From Actinomycetes bacterium (GTDB lineage Bacteria; Actinomycetota; Acidimicrobiia; Acidimicrobiales; CADCSY01): a stretch of DNA of 64,000 nt. The position numbers and the translations under genes were made by a program. The stretch covers positions 17,056-81,055 of the forward strand of contig JANNOZ010000005.1 in assembly GCA_031399525.1 (NCBI GenBank), in the 5' to 3' direction. The notes beneath the pieces were generated by a model. The model saw only the letters and a list, made by a program, of their open reading frames with translations. It did no database searches and had not been told where the DNA came from. Of the stretch, positions 43,463 through 52,961 are shown in pieces (the first letter of the stretch is position 1; each line of letters starts with the position of its first letter).

Positions 43463-45025
43463 ATGGCCCGGATCCTCGTCACCGAGAAGCTCGCCGAGTC
43501 GGGGTTGGAGGGCCTTCGGGCTGCCGGCCACGACGTCGACGTCCAGCTCGACCGCACTCCCGATCAACTGCTCGACGTCGTAAAGGGGGCTGCCGCCCTC
43601 ATCATCCGCTCGGCTACCCAGGTCACCGCCGAGGTCCTCGAAGCCGGCACCGACCTGGTGGTCGTGGGCCGGGCCGGGATCGGCCTCGACAACGTCGACG
43701 TCGCCGCGGCCACCCGCCGGGGTGTGATGGTGGTCAACGCGCCGCAGTCGAACATCCTGTCCGCGGCCGAGCAGACCATGGCCCTGCTGTTGGCTTCGGC
43801 TCGCAACGTGGCCCAAGCCCACGCTGCGCTGGTCGCCGGCAAGTGGGAGCGCTCGAAGTGGGAGGGCGTCGAGCTACACGGCAAGACGCTCGGCATCATC
43901 GGGCTGGGGCGTATCGGCACCCTGGTGGCCCAGCGGGCGCTGGCCTTCGGGATGCGCTTGGTGGCCTACGACCCCTACGTGTCGAACGATCGGGCTCGGC
44001 AGCTCGGCATTGAGCTGCTCACCCTCGACGAGCTGATTGCCCGGGCCGACTTCGTCACCATTCACGTGGCCAAAACTCCCGAGACGGTGGGTCTGGTGGG
44101 CACCGAGCTACTGGCCAAGGCCAAGCCCAACCTGCGGGTCATCAACGTGGCCCGGGGTGGCATCGTCGACGAGGCCGCACTGGCTCAGGCCATCGAGTCG
44201 GGCCAGATCGCGGGCGCGGCGCTCGACGTGTTCGCCAAGGAGCCGACGACCGAGTCGCCGCTGTTCGCGCTGCCGTCGGTGGTGGTGACCCCGCATCTCG
44301 GCGCCAGCACGGCCGAGGCCCAGGACAAGGCCGGCGTGACCATCGCCGAACAGGTGCTGCTGGCCCTGGCCGGCGATTTCGTGCCGTTCGCGGTCAACGT
44401 CAGCGCGTCGGAGGCCTCCGAGACGGTACGCCCGTACCTGCCGCTGGCCGAGCAACTGGGCACCCTGTTCGCTGGGTTGGCCGGCGGCGCCCCCGACCTG
44501 GTCGAGGTCGAGTACCAGGGCCAGATCGCCGACTACGACACCCGCATCCTCACCCTCTCGGTGCTCAAGGGGCTGTTCTCGGGGGCGACCGACGAGCCGG
44601 TGTCCTACGTCAATGCGCCCCAGCTGGCCGCCGAGCACGGTGTGGAGGTGCGAGAGACCAAGACCTCGACCGCCGTCGACTTCTTGAACCTGGTCACCTT
44701 GCGGGGCGGCGGCCACGAGCTGGCCGGAACGCTGGCCGGGGCCAAGGCCGAGCCTCGCCTGGTGGTGCTCGACGGCCACACCATCGAGGTCCCACCGGCA
44801 CATCACATGTTGGTGGTTCGCAACGACGACAAGCCCGGGATGATCGGTCGGGTCACTTCCACCCTCGGCGCTGCCGGGCTCAACATCTCCGACATCCACG
44901 TGGGCCGCTCGCCGGCCGGCGACGCCGCGCTCATGGTGCTGGCCGTGGACGACGTCGTGCCGGCTGCGCTCATCGACGAGCTCCGGACCCTCGACGGCAT
45001 CACCTCGGTCCACGCCCTGGGCTGA
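43463..45025 (+). CDS. serA: D-3-phosphoglycerate dehydrogenase (long form with ASB/ACT domains)
   Basis: MARILVTEKL..., GRAGIGLDNVD, GIIGLGRIGT, and a C-terminal ACT domain (HMLVVRNDDKPGMIG). ATG at 43463. Confidence 0.9.
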   Translation: MARILVTEKLAESGLEGLRAAGHDVDVQLDRTPDQLLDVVKGAAALIIRSATQVTAEVLEAGTDLVVVGRAGIGLDNVDVAAATRRGVMVVNAPQSNILSAAEQTMALLLASARNVAQAHAALVAGKWERSKWEGVELHGKTLGIIGLGRIGTLVAQRALAFGMRLVAYDPYVSNDRARQLGIELLTLDELIARADFVTIHVAKTPETVGLVGTELLAKAKPNLRVINVARGGIVDEAALAQAIESGQIAGAALDVFAKEPTTESPLFALPSVVVTPHLGASTAEAQDKAGVTIAEQVLLALAGDFVPFAVNVSASEASETVRPYLPLAEQLGTLFAGLAGGAPDLVEVEYQGQIADYDTRILTLSVLKGLFSGATDEPVSYVNAPQLAAEHGVEVRETKTSTAVDFLNLVTLRGGGHELAGTLAGAKAEPRLVVLDGHTIEVPPAHHMLVVRNDDKPGMIGRVTSTLGAAGLNISDIHVGRSPAGDAALMVLAVDDVVPAALIDELRTLDGITSVHALG

Positions 45026-45382
45026 TCAGCGGCGGGCTGGTCGGAGGCCGTCGGCCAGGGCACTGGCCTCGTCCAGGTAGCACCGGTCGGGGCGGGTGCG
45101 TTCGTAGGCCGAGTTGCCCTCGACGTGGAAGATGCCCGACCCCAACTTGGCCTTGACCGGGTGGCTGAGCGGGCAGGCGCTCTCCACCGGATCGACCCAT
45201 GCCGGCGGGGTCGCCGAAGCCTGCTCGGCATCGGTGATTCGGGGCCAGGCCGGGGGCCGAAGGGGCTCGGGCAGTGGGGCCGGATCGAACGGGCGCAGGC
45301 GCTGAGCCACCCGCCAGACCGCCACCGCGACCAGTGCGGCCAAGGCGGCGAGGAATCCCGTGCGCAGGGTGCGTCGGACCAT
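45026..45382 (-). CDS. small membrane-anchored protein with C-terminal sunset-like motif
   Basis: One N-terminal TM helix. The C-terminal GIFHVEGNSAYERTRPDRCYLDEASALADGLRP resembles the IYH.PG..Y..T....F..E.A..AG.R motif as I recall it. ATG at 45382. Confidence 0.45.
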   Translation of the reverse strand: MVRRTLRTGFLAALAALVAVAVWRVAQRLRPFDPAPLPEPLRPPAWPRITDAEQASATPPAWVDPVESACPLSHPVKAKLGSGIFHVEGNSAYERTRPDRCYLDEASALADGLRPARR

Positions 45383-45445
45383 GTGGCGTCTGAGGGTACC
45401 TGGGGGGTTGGGTTTCGGCCTCGATCTGCCGATCAAGACAGGACC

Positions 45446-46156
45446 GTGACGACGAGCTCTCACACTCGGCCCGAGGGGACTGCCTCCCCGGAGGAGGAAG
45501 CCCAGCGCTTCCTGGCCCTCGTCGCGCACGAGTTGCTGTCTCCCGTCACCGTGCTCAAGGGCTGGATGGCGGTGTTGGCCCGGGACGAAATTCCGGCGCA
45601 GAGGCAGGCCCAGGCCCGCATGTCGATGCTGTCGGCGACCGACAAGATCGAACGTCTGGTGCGCGATCTGCTCGATGTCAGCCGGGCATCAGTGGGCGAG
45701 CTCAGCATCGACCAGCGACCGGTCGACCTGCGAGCGGTGGTGGTCGATGTGGTCGCGGCGGTGGACGACGACCGGGTGCGGTTACTCGACGGCCCTGCGG
45801 TGCCGGTGATGGCCGATCCCCAGCGGTTGGATCAGCTGGTCACCAACCTGGTGCACAACGGACTTCGCCATGGCGACGGCGGGCCGGTGGTGATCGCGGC
45901 GTCGACCTCAGCCGGCGTCGCCCGCCTGACGGTCGCCAACGGCGGTCCGCCGATCGCCGCCGACTTGGCCACGCGCCTCTTCGAGCCTTTCGCCCGAGGA
46001 TCGGAATCGTCCGGCTCGGGGTTGGGCCTGGCCGTGTGCCGGGCTGTGGTCGAGGGCCACGGTGGGTCGATCGCCCTCAGCCGGGTCGCCGACCAGACCG
46101 TGGTCGAGGTGGCCCTGCCCGCGAGATCCGACCCGACGGGCCCCGCGCCCGGCTAG
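45446..46156 (+). CDS. soluble orphan histidine kinase (DHp and CA domains only)
   Basis: H-box VAHELLSPVT, N-box LVHNGLRHG, G-box GSGLGLAV. No TM or sensor domain and no adjacent response regulator. GTG at 45446. Confidence 0.7.
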   Translation: MTTSSHTRPEGTASPEEEAQRFLALVAHELLSPVTVLKGWMAVLARDEIPAQRQAQARMSMLSATDKIERLVRDLLDVSRASVGELSIDQRPVDLRAVVVDVVAAVDDDRVRLLDGPAVPVMADPQRLDQLVTNLVHNGLRHGDGGPVVIAASTSAGVARLTVANGGPPIAADLATRLFEPFARGSESSGSGLGLAVCRAVVEGHGGSIALSRVADQTVVEVALPARSDPTGPAPG

Positions 46157-47148
46157 TCGAGCTCGGCCAGGAAGGCCAGGAGGATGTCGTTGAAGACGTC
46201 GGGTTGCTCCCACTGGGGGCTGTGGCCGGCCTCGTCAATGATGTGGACCTCGGCGCTGGGCAGGTGCTGGGCCTGGAGCCGGATGATCGACGGCGGGGTG
46301 TAGAGGTCGGAGTCGCCGGTCATCAGCAGGGTCGGCTTGTCGATGGTCTCCAGCCGATCCCAGGTGACCTGGGCTGCTCGACCCTGGAGTACCCGCTCGC
46401 CGGGGATGGCGGCGTCGTGCAGTGCCGTCCACTCGGCCACGCCGTCGGGGTTGCCGGCCCGATAGGACGGGGACAGTTCCAGGAAGTCCGCAGGCAGGTC
46501 CATGAAACCCGGGGGGAGCAGGCGACCGGTGGCCTCGGTGTAGTCGGGTTCGCTGATGCCCATCAACGACGAGACGAAGGCGACCGACCGGACCTTGTCG
46601 GGTTGCTCGAGCACGTAGTCGACCACTGTGGACCCGCCCGCCGCGGTGCCCAGGAGATCGACCGTGTCGAGCCCCAGGTGTTCGATCAGCGCGCCGAGAT
46701 CGGCGACCGCCGTCCCGGTGTTGGCCGGGTCCGTCGTCTCCGAGCGAAAGTAGCCCCGTCGGGAGTAGGCGATGACCCGGTGCCCGGCGTCGGCCAGGAC
46801 GGGCTGTTGGTAGCCCCACGCCGCTGCGCTCTGGGACGCGGCGTGGAGCAAGACGATCGGATGCCCGGTGCCACCGGTGTCCCAGTAGTAGATCTGCGCC
46901 CCACCCACGTCGACCATGCCCTCGGTGACCTCGACCTGGGTTGGGATCGGCACCGGGGTCCACACCGGGCCTGGATCCTTGGTGGCCGCAGCGGCCAGGG
47001 TGGTCGTGCTGTCGCTACTGCTGGAATCGTCGGAGCAACTCGTGAGGAGCACGCCGGCTGCTGCGACCGCGGCGGCACCGGCGCCGAGCTGGCCGAATCG
47101 TCGGCGGCTGATCCCCGCGGAGAAACCCACTGAACTCGATCCCATCAT
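46153..47148 (-). CDS. secreted alpha/beta hydrolase (Tat signal plus lipobox)
   Basis: SRRRFGQLGAGAAAV...LLTSC, HPIVLLHA. The nucleophile position reads GTAAGG rather than G-x-S-x-G. Confidence 0.7.
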   Translation of the reverse strand: MMGSSSVGFSAGISRRRFGQLGAGAAAVAAAGVLLTSCSDDSSSSDSTTTLAAAATKDPGPVWTPVPIPTQVEVTEGMVDVGGAQIYYWDTGGTGHPIVLLHAASQSAAAWGYQQPVLADAGHRVIAYSRRGYFRSETTDPANTGTAVADLGALIEHLGLDTVDLLGTAAGGSTVVDYVLEQPDKVRSVAFVSSLMGISEPDYTEATGRLLPPGFMDLPADFLELSPSYRAGNPDGVAEWTALHDAAIPGERVLQGRAAQVTWDRLETIDKPTLLMTGDSDLYTPPSIIRLQAQHLPSAEVHIIDEAGHSPQWEQPDVFNDILLAFLAELD

Positions 47149-47241
47149 CTGCCCCCAGAACTTGTTGAGTTTGTCTACTATCGACGCCGGGAATCTACCG
47201 CGGCGGCGCTCCGGCGCAAGTAGGCAGTTGGGGCAGCTTCC

Positions 47242-47838
47242 TCAGGCGGTGGTGGGCATCCAGGCCGAGCGGGAGGCTTCGTAGGCGTCAATCGACGCTT
47301 CGTTGCGCAGGGTGAGGCCCACGTCGTCGAGTCCTTCGAGCAGGCGGAAGCGGGTGAAGTCGTCGAGGGGGAAGCTGGCCTCGATGCCCGCCGCCGGAGC
47401 TTCGACCACCCGGCGTTCGATGTCGATGGTGATCTCGAGGGTGGGGTCGGCCTGCACGGCCCGCATGAGGGCGTCGGCCACGTCGGGATCGACCACCACC
47501 GGGACCAACCCGGCCTTGGTCGAGTTGTTACGGAAGATGTCACCGAAGCAAGGCGAGATCACGGCCTTGAAGCCGTAGTCGGTCAGCGCCCACACCGCAT
47601 GCTCGCGGGACGAGCCGGTCCCGAAGTTGGGCCCGGCGATCAGGATGGTGGCGCCGGCGTGCTCGATCCGGTTGAGGGGGAAGTCGGGGTCGGACTCCCG
47701 CCACGACGAGAACAGTCCGGCGCCGAAGCCAGTGCGCTCCACCCGCTTGAGCCACTCGGCCGGGATGATCTGGTCGGTGTCGACATCCGAACGATCGAGG
47801 GGCAGCGCCCGCCCAGTGATGACGCGGATCGGTTCCAT
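47242..47838 (-). CDS. leuD: 3-isopropylmalate dehydratase small subunit
   Basis: LDRSDVDTDQIIPAEWLKRV, AGPNFGTGSSREHAVWAL. Confidence 0.9.
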   Translation of the reverse strand: MEPIRVITGRALPLDRSDVDTDQIIPAEWLKRVERTGFGAGLFSSWRESDPDFPLNRIEHAGATILIAGPNFGTGSSREHAVWALTDYGFKAVISPCFGDIFRNNSTKAGLVPVVVDPDVADALMRAVQADPTLEITIDIERRVVEAPAAGIEASFPLDDFTRFRLLEGLDDVGLTLRNEASIDAYEASRSAWMPTTA

Positions 47839-47978
47839 CAGGTTCCTTGACTTGTAGGTGGGGGGTACCGTCGAGCGTAGTCAGTCGTTGAAGCGACCAC
47901 CCGGGGAGGGCAATGCAATACGGTGCGGAACATCACTGGGAGCCCGGCATCATGCTGACAACGTTTCGAACGCAAGCC

Positions 47979-48740
47979 ATGAAGCTCGCTGGGCTCCGGA
48001 AGGCCAGGTTGGTGGCGACAACGATCGCAATTGGGCTGGTGCTGACGAGCTGCGGCCAGAGCGCCACGACGTCGGTCCAATCTGCCTCCAGTGAAAGCAC
48101 TGCAGCGTCGAATCCTCTCGTCACGCAGTCGGTGACCGATGAAGAGGCAATGCGTTTTCAAGAAGCGGTGTACCGACTTCCTATCCAACCGACGGTGTCG
48201 CGGGGGTCGGAATCCGGGATCTCGCTCGTCACAAAAAAGGGCTGGTTGAGTACCTCGATCGTGCGAGTCGATGTCGGAGCCCCAGTGGTTGACCATGATG
48301 AGGCGGCTCCCTGTGGGGAAGGTTCGAATGACGCTCCGAAGCCGAGCGACGAAGGGTGCCGTTTGTTCCGCTCGACGTGGATTGCTTCTCTCGTGGTCCG
48401 CATTGTCTCGGTTCATGAGCCTGAAGGTGGTCTCCTGGCGCTGCAGGTCGGAGACGAGATCTCGCTTCAGATGGTCGTCGGCGACGCATCGTCGGAATCG
48501 TCAACTGGTACCGCAAAGGCCGCAGCCGATGCGTTGGTCGCGACCGCGCCGATCGGTGCCACCTTGGTGGTCGTACCGGAGCAGTGGCGCGATGGATGGA
48601 GCGCGCAGGACATCGGGATTGCCCTCGTCCGAGATGATGGAGGTTTGGCCGTGCTCGCCGGGGAGGCGGGCCGGGTGGGCCTGGGACTCGGGGAGTTCGA
48701 GTCGATCGACGATCTCGAGGCCAGCGCCAACGTTCGTTGA
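47979..48740 (+). CDS. hypothetical lipoprotein in a lower-GC insert between leuD and leuC
   Basis: Signal peptide with lipobox (MKLAGLRKARLVATTIAIGLVLTSC). No family motif recognised. Confidence 0.5.
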   Translation: MKLAGLRKARLVATTIAIGLVLTSCGQSATTSVQSASSESTAASNPLVTQSVTDEEAMRFQEAVYRLPIQPTVSRGSESGISLVTKKGWLSTSIVRVDVGAPVVDHDEAAPCGEGSNDAPKPSDEGCRLFRSTWIASLVVRIVSVHEPEGGLLALQVGDEISLQMVVGDASSESSTGTAKAAADALVATAPIGATLVVVPEQWRDGWSAQDIGIALVRDDGGLAVLAGEAGRVGLGLGEFESIDDLEASANVR

Positions 48741-48822
48741 CGGATCGTCCACCGCAGGGGTGGTGGATCCGCCAAAGAACGGGCCGGCCCCGGCCGGGCA
48801 GGCGCCCGCCGGGTACGGCTCG

Positions 48823-50223
48823 TCAGTCGAGGTCGGCGGGGGTGGCGAAGGTGCCGACGACCGCGGTGGCGGCGGCGACCTCGGGGGAGACCAGGTGGGT
48901 GCGCCCACCTCTGCCTTGGCGGCCCTCGAAGTTGCGGTTGGAGGTCGAGGCGCAGCGTTCGCCGGGGGCCAGCTTGTCGGGGTTCATGGCCAGGCACATC
49001 GAACAGCCCGCCTCTCGCCACTCGAAGCCGGCCGCGCTGAACACCCGGTCGAGGCCCTCGGCTTCGGCCTGGGCCTTGACCGCCATCGACCCGGGCACGA
49101 CCAGCGCCCGCAGCCCCGAGCGCACGTGGCGCCCGTCGAGCACCGCGGCCGCGGCTCGGAGGTCTTCGATCCGGCTGTTGGTGCAGGACCCGATGAACAC
49201 CGTGTCCGGGGCGATGTCACGGATGGGGGTGCCGGCTTCGAGGCCCATGTAGGCCAGCGCCCGGCGGGCCGCTTCGCGCCCAGCGGCGTCGGCGAACGAC
49301 TCGGGGTCGGGGACCACGTCGTCGATCGACGCCACCTGGCCCGGGTTGGTGCCCCAGGTGACGTGGGGGCGCAGGGCCGCGGCGTCGAGCACCACCTCCT
49401 TGTCGAAGGTGGCGTGGGGGTCGGTGGCCAGCGAGCGCCAGTCGTCCAGCGCCCGCTCCCAGTCGGCGCCCCGAGGTGCGTGGGGCCGCCCTTCGAGGTA
49501 GGCGAAGGTCACGTCGTCGGGGGCGATCATCCCGGCCCGGGCCCCGGCCTCGATCGACATGTTGCACACGGTCATCCGGCCTTCCATCGACAGCGCCCGG
49601 ATGGCCGAGCCCCGGTACTCGATGATCGAGCCGACGCCGCCGCCGGTGCCGATGCGCCCGATGATGGCCAGGATCACGTCCTTGGCGGTCACGCCCGCCG
49701 GGAGGTCGCCCTCGACGGTGACGGCCATGGTGCCGGGCCGCACCTGGGGCAGGGTCTGGGTGGCCAGCACGTGTTCGACTTCTGAGCTGCCGATGCCGAA
49801 CGCCAGGGCCCCGAAGGCGCCATGGGTCGAGGTGTGGCTGTCGCCGCACACAATGGTCATGCCGGGCTGGGTCAGCCCCTGCTCGGGGCCGATCACGTGC
49901 ACGATGCCTTGTCCGGGGTCGCCCATCGGGTAGAGCCGGACGCCGAACTCGGCGCAGTTCTCGGTGAGCACGTCCATCTGGCGGGCCGAGATCGGGTCGG
50001 CCACGGGCTGATCGATGTCGGTGGTCGGCACGTTGTGGTCCATGGTCGCCACCGTCAGGTCGGGGCGGCGGACCGGGCGGTGGGCGAGGCGCAGACCGTC
50101 GAAGGCCTGCGGCGAGGTGACCTCGTGGACCAGGTGCAGGTCGATGTAGAGCAGGTCGGGCTCGTCGGGCGCGGCGTGCACGACGTGGCGATCCCAGATC
50201 TTCTCCGAGAGGGTCTTGGACAC
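48823..50223 (-). CDS. leuC: 3-isopropylmalate dehydratase large subunit
   Basis: [50 protein letters not shown] at 50223 preceded by GGAG. Confidence 0.95.
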   Translation of the reverse strand: MSKTLSEKIWDRHVVHAAPDEPDLLYIDLHLVHEVTSPQAFDGLRLAHRPVRRPDLTVATMDHNVPTTDIDQPVADPISARQMDVLTENCAEFGVRLYPMGDPGQGIVHVIGPEQGLTQPGMTIVCGDSHTSTHGAFGALAFGIGSSEVEHVLATQTLPQVRPGTMAVTVEGDLPAGVTAKDVILAIIGRIGTGGGVGSIIEYRGSAIRALSMEGRMTVCNMSIEAGARAGMIAPDDVTFAYLEGRPHAPRGADWERALDDWRSLATDPHATFDKEVVLDAAALRPHVTWGTNPGQVASIDDVVPDPESFADAAGREAARRALAYMGLEAGTPIRDIAPDTVFIGSCTNSRIEDLRAAAAVLDGRHVRSGLRALVVPGSMAVKAQAEAEGLDRVFSAAGFEWREAGCSMCLAMNPDKLAPGERCASTSNRNFEGRQGRGGRTHLVSPEVAAATAVVGTFATPADLD

Positions 50224-50234
50224 GTTCGTGGCTC

Positions 50235-50711
50235 CTAGAGGACGGTGATGGCGACGATCTCGACGGTGAGCGGGTTGCCGTTCACCTCGTAGGTGCGCAG
50301 GTCGCCCACTGCCGCACCCATGAGGGCCGCGCCGAGTGGCGAACCGGGGGAGACCACCTCGACCTCGGCGTGGTGGGCCTCTTCGATGGAGCCCACCAGG
50401 TACTGCTCCTCGGCGTCGTCGCCCTCGAAGCGGATGGTCACCACACACCCGGTGCCGACCACGTCGACCGACGCCGGGGCGTCGACCACCACGACATCTT
50501 GGAGCAGGCCCGTGAGGTGGCGGATGCGGGCTTCCATCTGGCCCTGCTGATCCTTGGCCGCGTGATAGTCGCCGTTCTCGGACAGATCGCCCAGGGCTCG
50601 GGCCGCCTCGATCTTCTGAGCGATGTCGATGCGGCCGAACGTGGTCAGCTCGGTCAGTTCCGCGTTGAGGCGCTCGTAGGCAGCACGGGAGAGCTCGTGG
50701 GTGTCGGCCAT
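50235..50711 (-). CDS. greA: transcription elongation factor GreA
   Basis: [18 protein letters not shown] coiled-coil motif and a C-terminal FKBP-like domain. Confidence 0.9.
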   Translation of the reverse strand: MADTHELSRAAYERLNAELTELTTFGRIDIAQKIEAARALGDLSENGDYHAAKDQQGQMEARIRHLTGLLQDVVVVDAPASVDVVGTGCVVTIRFEGDDAEEQYLVGSIEEAHHAEVEVVSPGSPLGAALMGAAVGDLRTYEVNGNPLTVEIVAITVL

Positions 50712-51937
50712 GCCCGCAGGCTAACGGGCGGCCACGGTGCCTCCGGAGCCGCGACGGGCCCCAGTGACTCGGGTGGTCCGGGGCGACCGAAGTACCAGCC
50801 CTGGCCGTGGTCGACGCCGAGGTCGGTCAGTTCGGCCGCATCCTCGGCCGTCTCGATCCCCTCGGCGACCACCTTGGCGCCGCACCCGTGTCCGAACTCG
50901 ACCATCGACCGTACGAGGGTCCGGAGTACGGGATCGATCGCCACGCCGGCCACGATGCTGCGGTCGAGCTTGATGATGTCCGGGGCGCTCTGGACGATGT
51001 GGCGCAACGAGGAGAAGCCGGCGCCGACGTCGTCGATAGCCAGGCGAACGCCAGACCGCCGCAAGGGTTCGAGCGAGGCGGTGAGTCGGGCGTAGTCCTC
51101 GATGGCGTCGTGCTCGGACAGCTCGACGACCAGCCGGTCGGGCGCCAGCTCGGCCAGGACCTTGGCCCCTTCGGGGGAGAACAGGGCTGCCGGCGACACG
51201 TTCACGGCGATGTAGCCGTCGACCAGATCGAAGAAGCTCGCAGCTCGCTCGATGGCGAGGAGCTCGAGGTGGATGCCCTCGCCCACCGAATGGGCTTCTT
51301 CGAAGCAGGCGTCGGGGGCCTTGGCCCACTCCTCGGGGAAGCGGCTGAGGGCCTCGGCGCCGACCCGCTGACCGGTGGCCAGGGCCACGATGGGCTGGAG
51401 TACGACGGAGGGTCCGCCCTGGCTCAGGACCGGCTCGAGCCGTCGGTGGATCGCCTCGGCTCGTCGGCTGGCTTGGACCCCCGGCTCGATGATGGCGGCG
51501 GCCGCTCGGGCCAGGACGTCCATGAGCGACTTGTCCCGCTGGGCCAACTCGGGGTCGGGCCGGAAGCCGGCGGCGCAGAATGTGCCGTAGAGCGAGCCGT
51601 CGCTGAGCACGACCGGGACCGACACGAAGCTGCGGATGCGCACGTACCGGGCTGCGGGCAGGGCCCGAGCTTCGGGGTGCGCGGCGATGTCGGGGATCAC
51701 CGCAGGCAGGCGGTCGTCGAGGATGGCCTGGCAGATCGAGGTCTGCTGTCTCTGGGTCATTCCGTCCCGCAGGAAGGGGAGCGACGTCTCGACCACCTCG
51801 AGGTGCTGGGTCTCGCCGTCCATCCGGCTCAGGAAGGTGAGGCTGAGACCGAGCGCGTCCTTGGCTGTACGCAGCAGGTCGGCGACTTGGTCTTGGGCCT
51901 CCGTGCGGGCGCGCCCCATCGCTTGTCCATCGGCCAC
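50654..51937 (-). CDS. GAF-domain / EAL-domain protein (putative c-di-GMP phosphodiesterase)
   Basis: EAL region motifs [49 protein letters not shown]-terminal GAF-like region. The 3' end overlaps greA by 58 nt. Confidence 0.8.
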   Translation of the reverse strand: MADGQAMGRARTEAQDQVADLLRTAKDALGLSLTFLSRMDGETQHLEVVETSLPFLRDGMTQRQQTSICQAILDDRLPAVIPDIAAHPEARALPAARYVRIRSFVSVPVVLSDGSLYGTFCAAGFRPDPELAQRDKSLMDVLARAAAAIIEPGVQASRRAEAIHRRLEPVLSQGGPSVVLQPIVALATGQRVGAEALSRFPEEWAKAPDACFEEAHSVGEGIHLELLAIERAASFFDLVDGYIAVNVSPAALFSPEGAKVLAELAPDRLVVELSEHDAIEDYARLTASLEPLRRSGVRLAIDDVGAGFSSLRHIVQSAPDIIKLDRSIVAGVAIDPVLRTLVRSMVEFGHGCGAKVVAEGIETAEDAAELTDLGVDHGQGWYFGRPGPPESLGPVAAPEAPWPPVSLRAWPTPTSSPVLPTSASTRN

Positions 51938-52009
51938 GACCGTCGTCCGCTTGAGTCGCCCTCCCGAAGTACTTCATATATACGCATCATTCTTGGATAG
52001 GGTGCACCG

Positions 52010-52954
52010 ATGCCCGCCCGCCCCCGCGTCACGTTGAACCTCAACGCCAGCCAGTTCGCGCCCGATCGCTACGGCGACATCGTCGAGGTTGCCCGAATGG
52101 CCGAAGCTTCGGGGATCGTCGATGACATCTCCCTGGGTGAGCACGTGGTCATGGGCATCGACCCGGCCAACTTCCCCGCCCCCGGCGGCCAGTACCCGGG
52201 CACGTTCGACGACCCGTGGGTCGAACCGTTGGTCACCCTCGGGGCCATCGCCTCGGTCACCACCGACCTCGGCCTCATGACCAGCATCCTCATCGCGCCG
52301 CTGCGCTCGGCCCCCTTGTTGGCCAAGCAGGCAGCGACGCTCGACCAGCTCTCAGGCGGTCGTCTCACCCTCGGAGTGTCGACCAGCTGGCAGAAGGCCG
52401 AGTACGACGCGGTCGGCGTCTCCCACGCTGACCGAGGCCGGGTTCTCGACGACACCATCGCCGCCTGCCGTGCCCTGTGGAGCGAGTTCCCGGCCAGCTT
52501 CGAGTCCGAAACGGTGTCGTTCACCGATATCTACTGCTCCCCCCAGCCGACCACCCCTGGTGGACCGCCGATCTGGTTCGGGGGCAAGGCGTCGGCCCGC
52601 CAAGTCCGGCGGGTGGTGGCCTGGGGCGACGGGTGGTTGCCGTTCGGGTCGGGTCCGGACGAGATCGCCGAGTCGACGGCGGCCATGAAGGCCGGCTTCG
52701 AGGCCCAGGGCCGCGACCCCGAGTCGTTGCAGGTGCTCGGGCTGGTCTTCCCCCTGAAGGCCGACGGCACGATGATGATGGGCCCGATGGACCGGGGCGA
52801 CATCACCGCCAGCCTGGCCGGGGTGCCGGCCATAGTCGCCGGCGGGGCCAACGTGTTGGGGATCGGCATGCACTACTACTGCAAGGACGTCGACAGTTCG
52901 GCCGCGTTCTTCGAGGAGTTCGGCAACGACTGGGCCGACCTGGGTTTCGACTGA
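52010..52954 (+). CDS. LLM-class probable F420-dependent oxidoreductase
   Basis: 314-aa paralogue of 20380..21324 (LAKQAATLDQLSGGRLTLGVSTSW, DTIAACRALW). Confidence 0.7.
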   Translation: MPARPRVTLNLNASQFAPDRYGDIVEVARMAEASGIVDDISLGEHVVMGIDPANFPAPGGQYPGTFDDPWVEPLVTLGAIASVTTDLGLMTSILIAPLRSAPLLAKQAATLDQLSGGRLTLGVSTSWQKAEYDAVGVSHADRGRVLDDTIAACRALWSEFPASFESETVSFTDIYCSPQPTTPGGPPIWFGGKASARQVRRVVAWGDGWLPFGSGPDEIAESTAAMKAGFEAQGRDPESLQVLGLVFPLKADGTMMMGPMDRGDITASLAGVPAIVAGGANVLGIGMHYYCKDVDSSAAFFEEFGNDWADLGFD

Positions 52955-52961
52955 CCTGCAA

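Noticed and set aside
45021-45030. Abutting convergent stop codons forming palindromes (TGATCA at serA and the small protein; CTAG at 46153..46156 for the kinase and hydrolase)
   Set aside because: This is a trivial consequence of two stop codons meeting tail to tail. No extended structure surrounds them.
46153-47148. Secreted alpha/beta hydrolase with GTAAGG in place of the G-x-S-x-G nucleophile elbow as an inactive pseudo-enzyme
   Set aside because: I cannot align the catalytic triad reliably by eye and the nucleophile may lie elsewhere. This needs a proper alignment before any claim.
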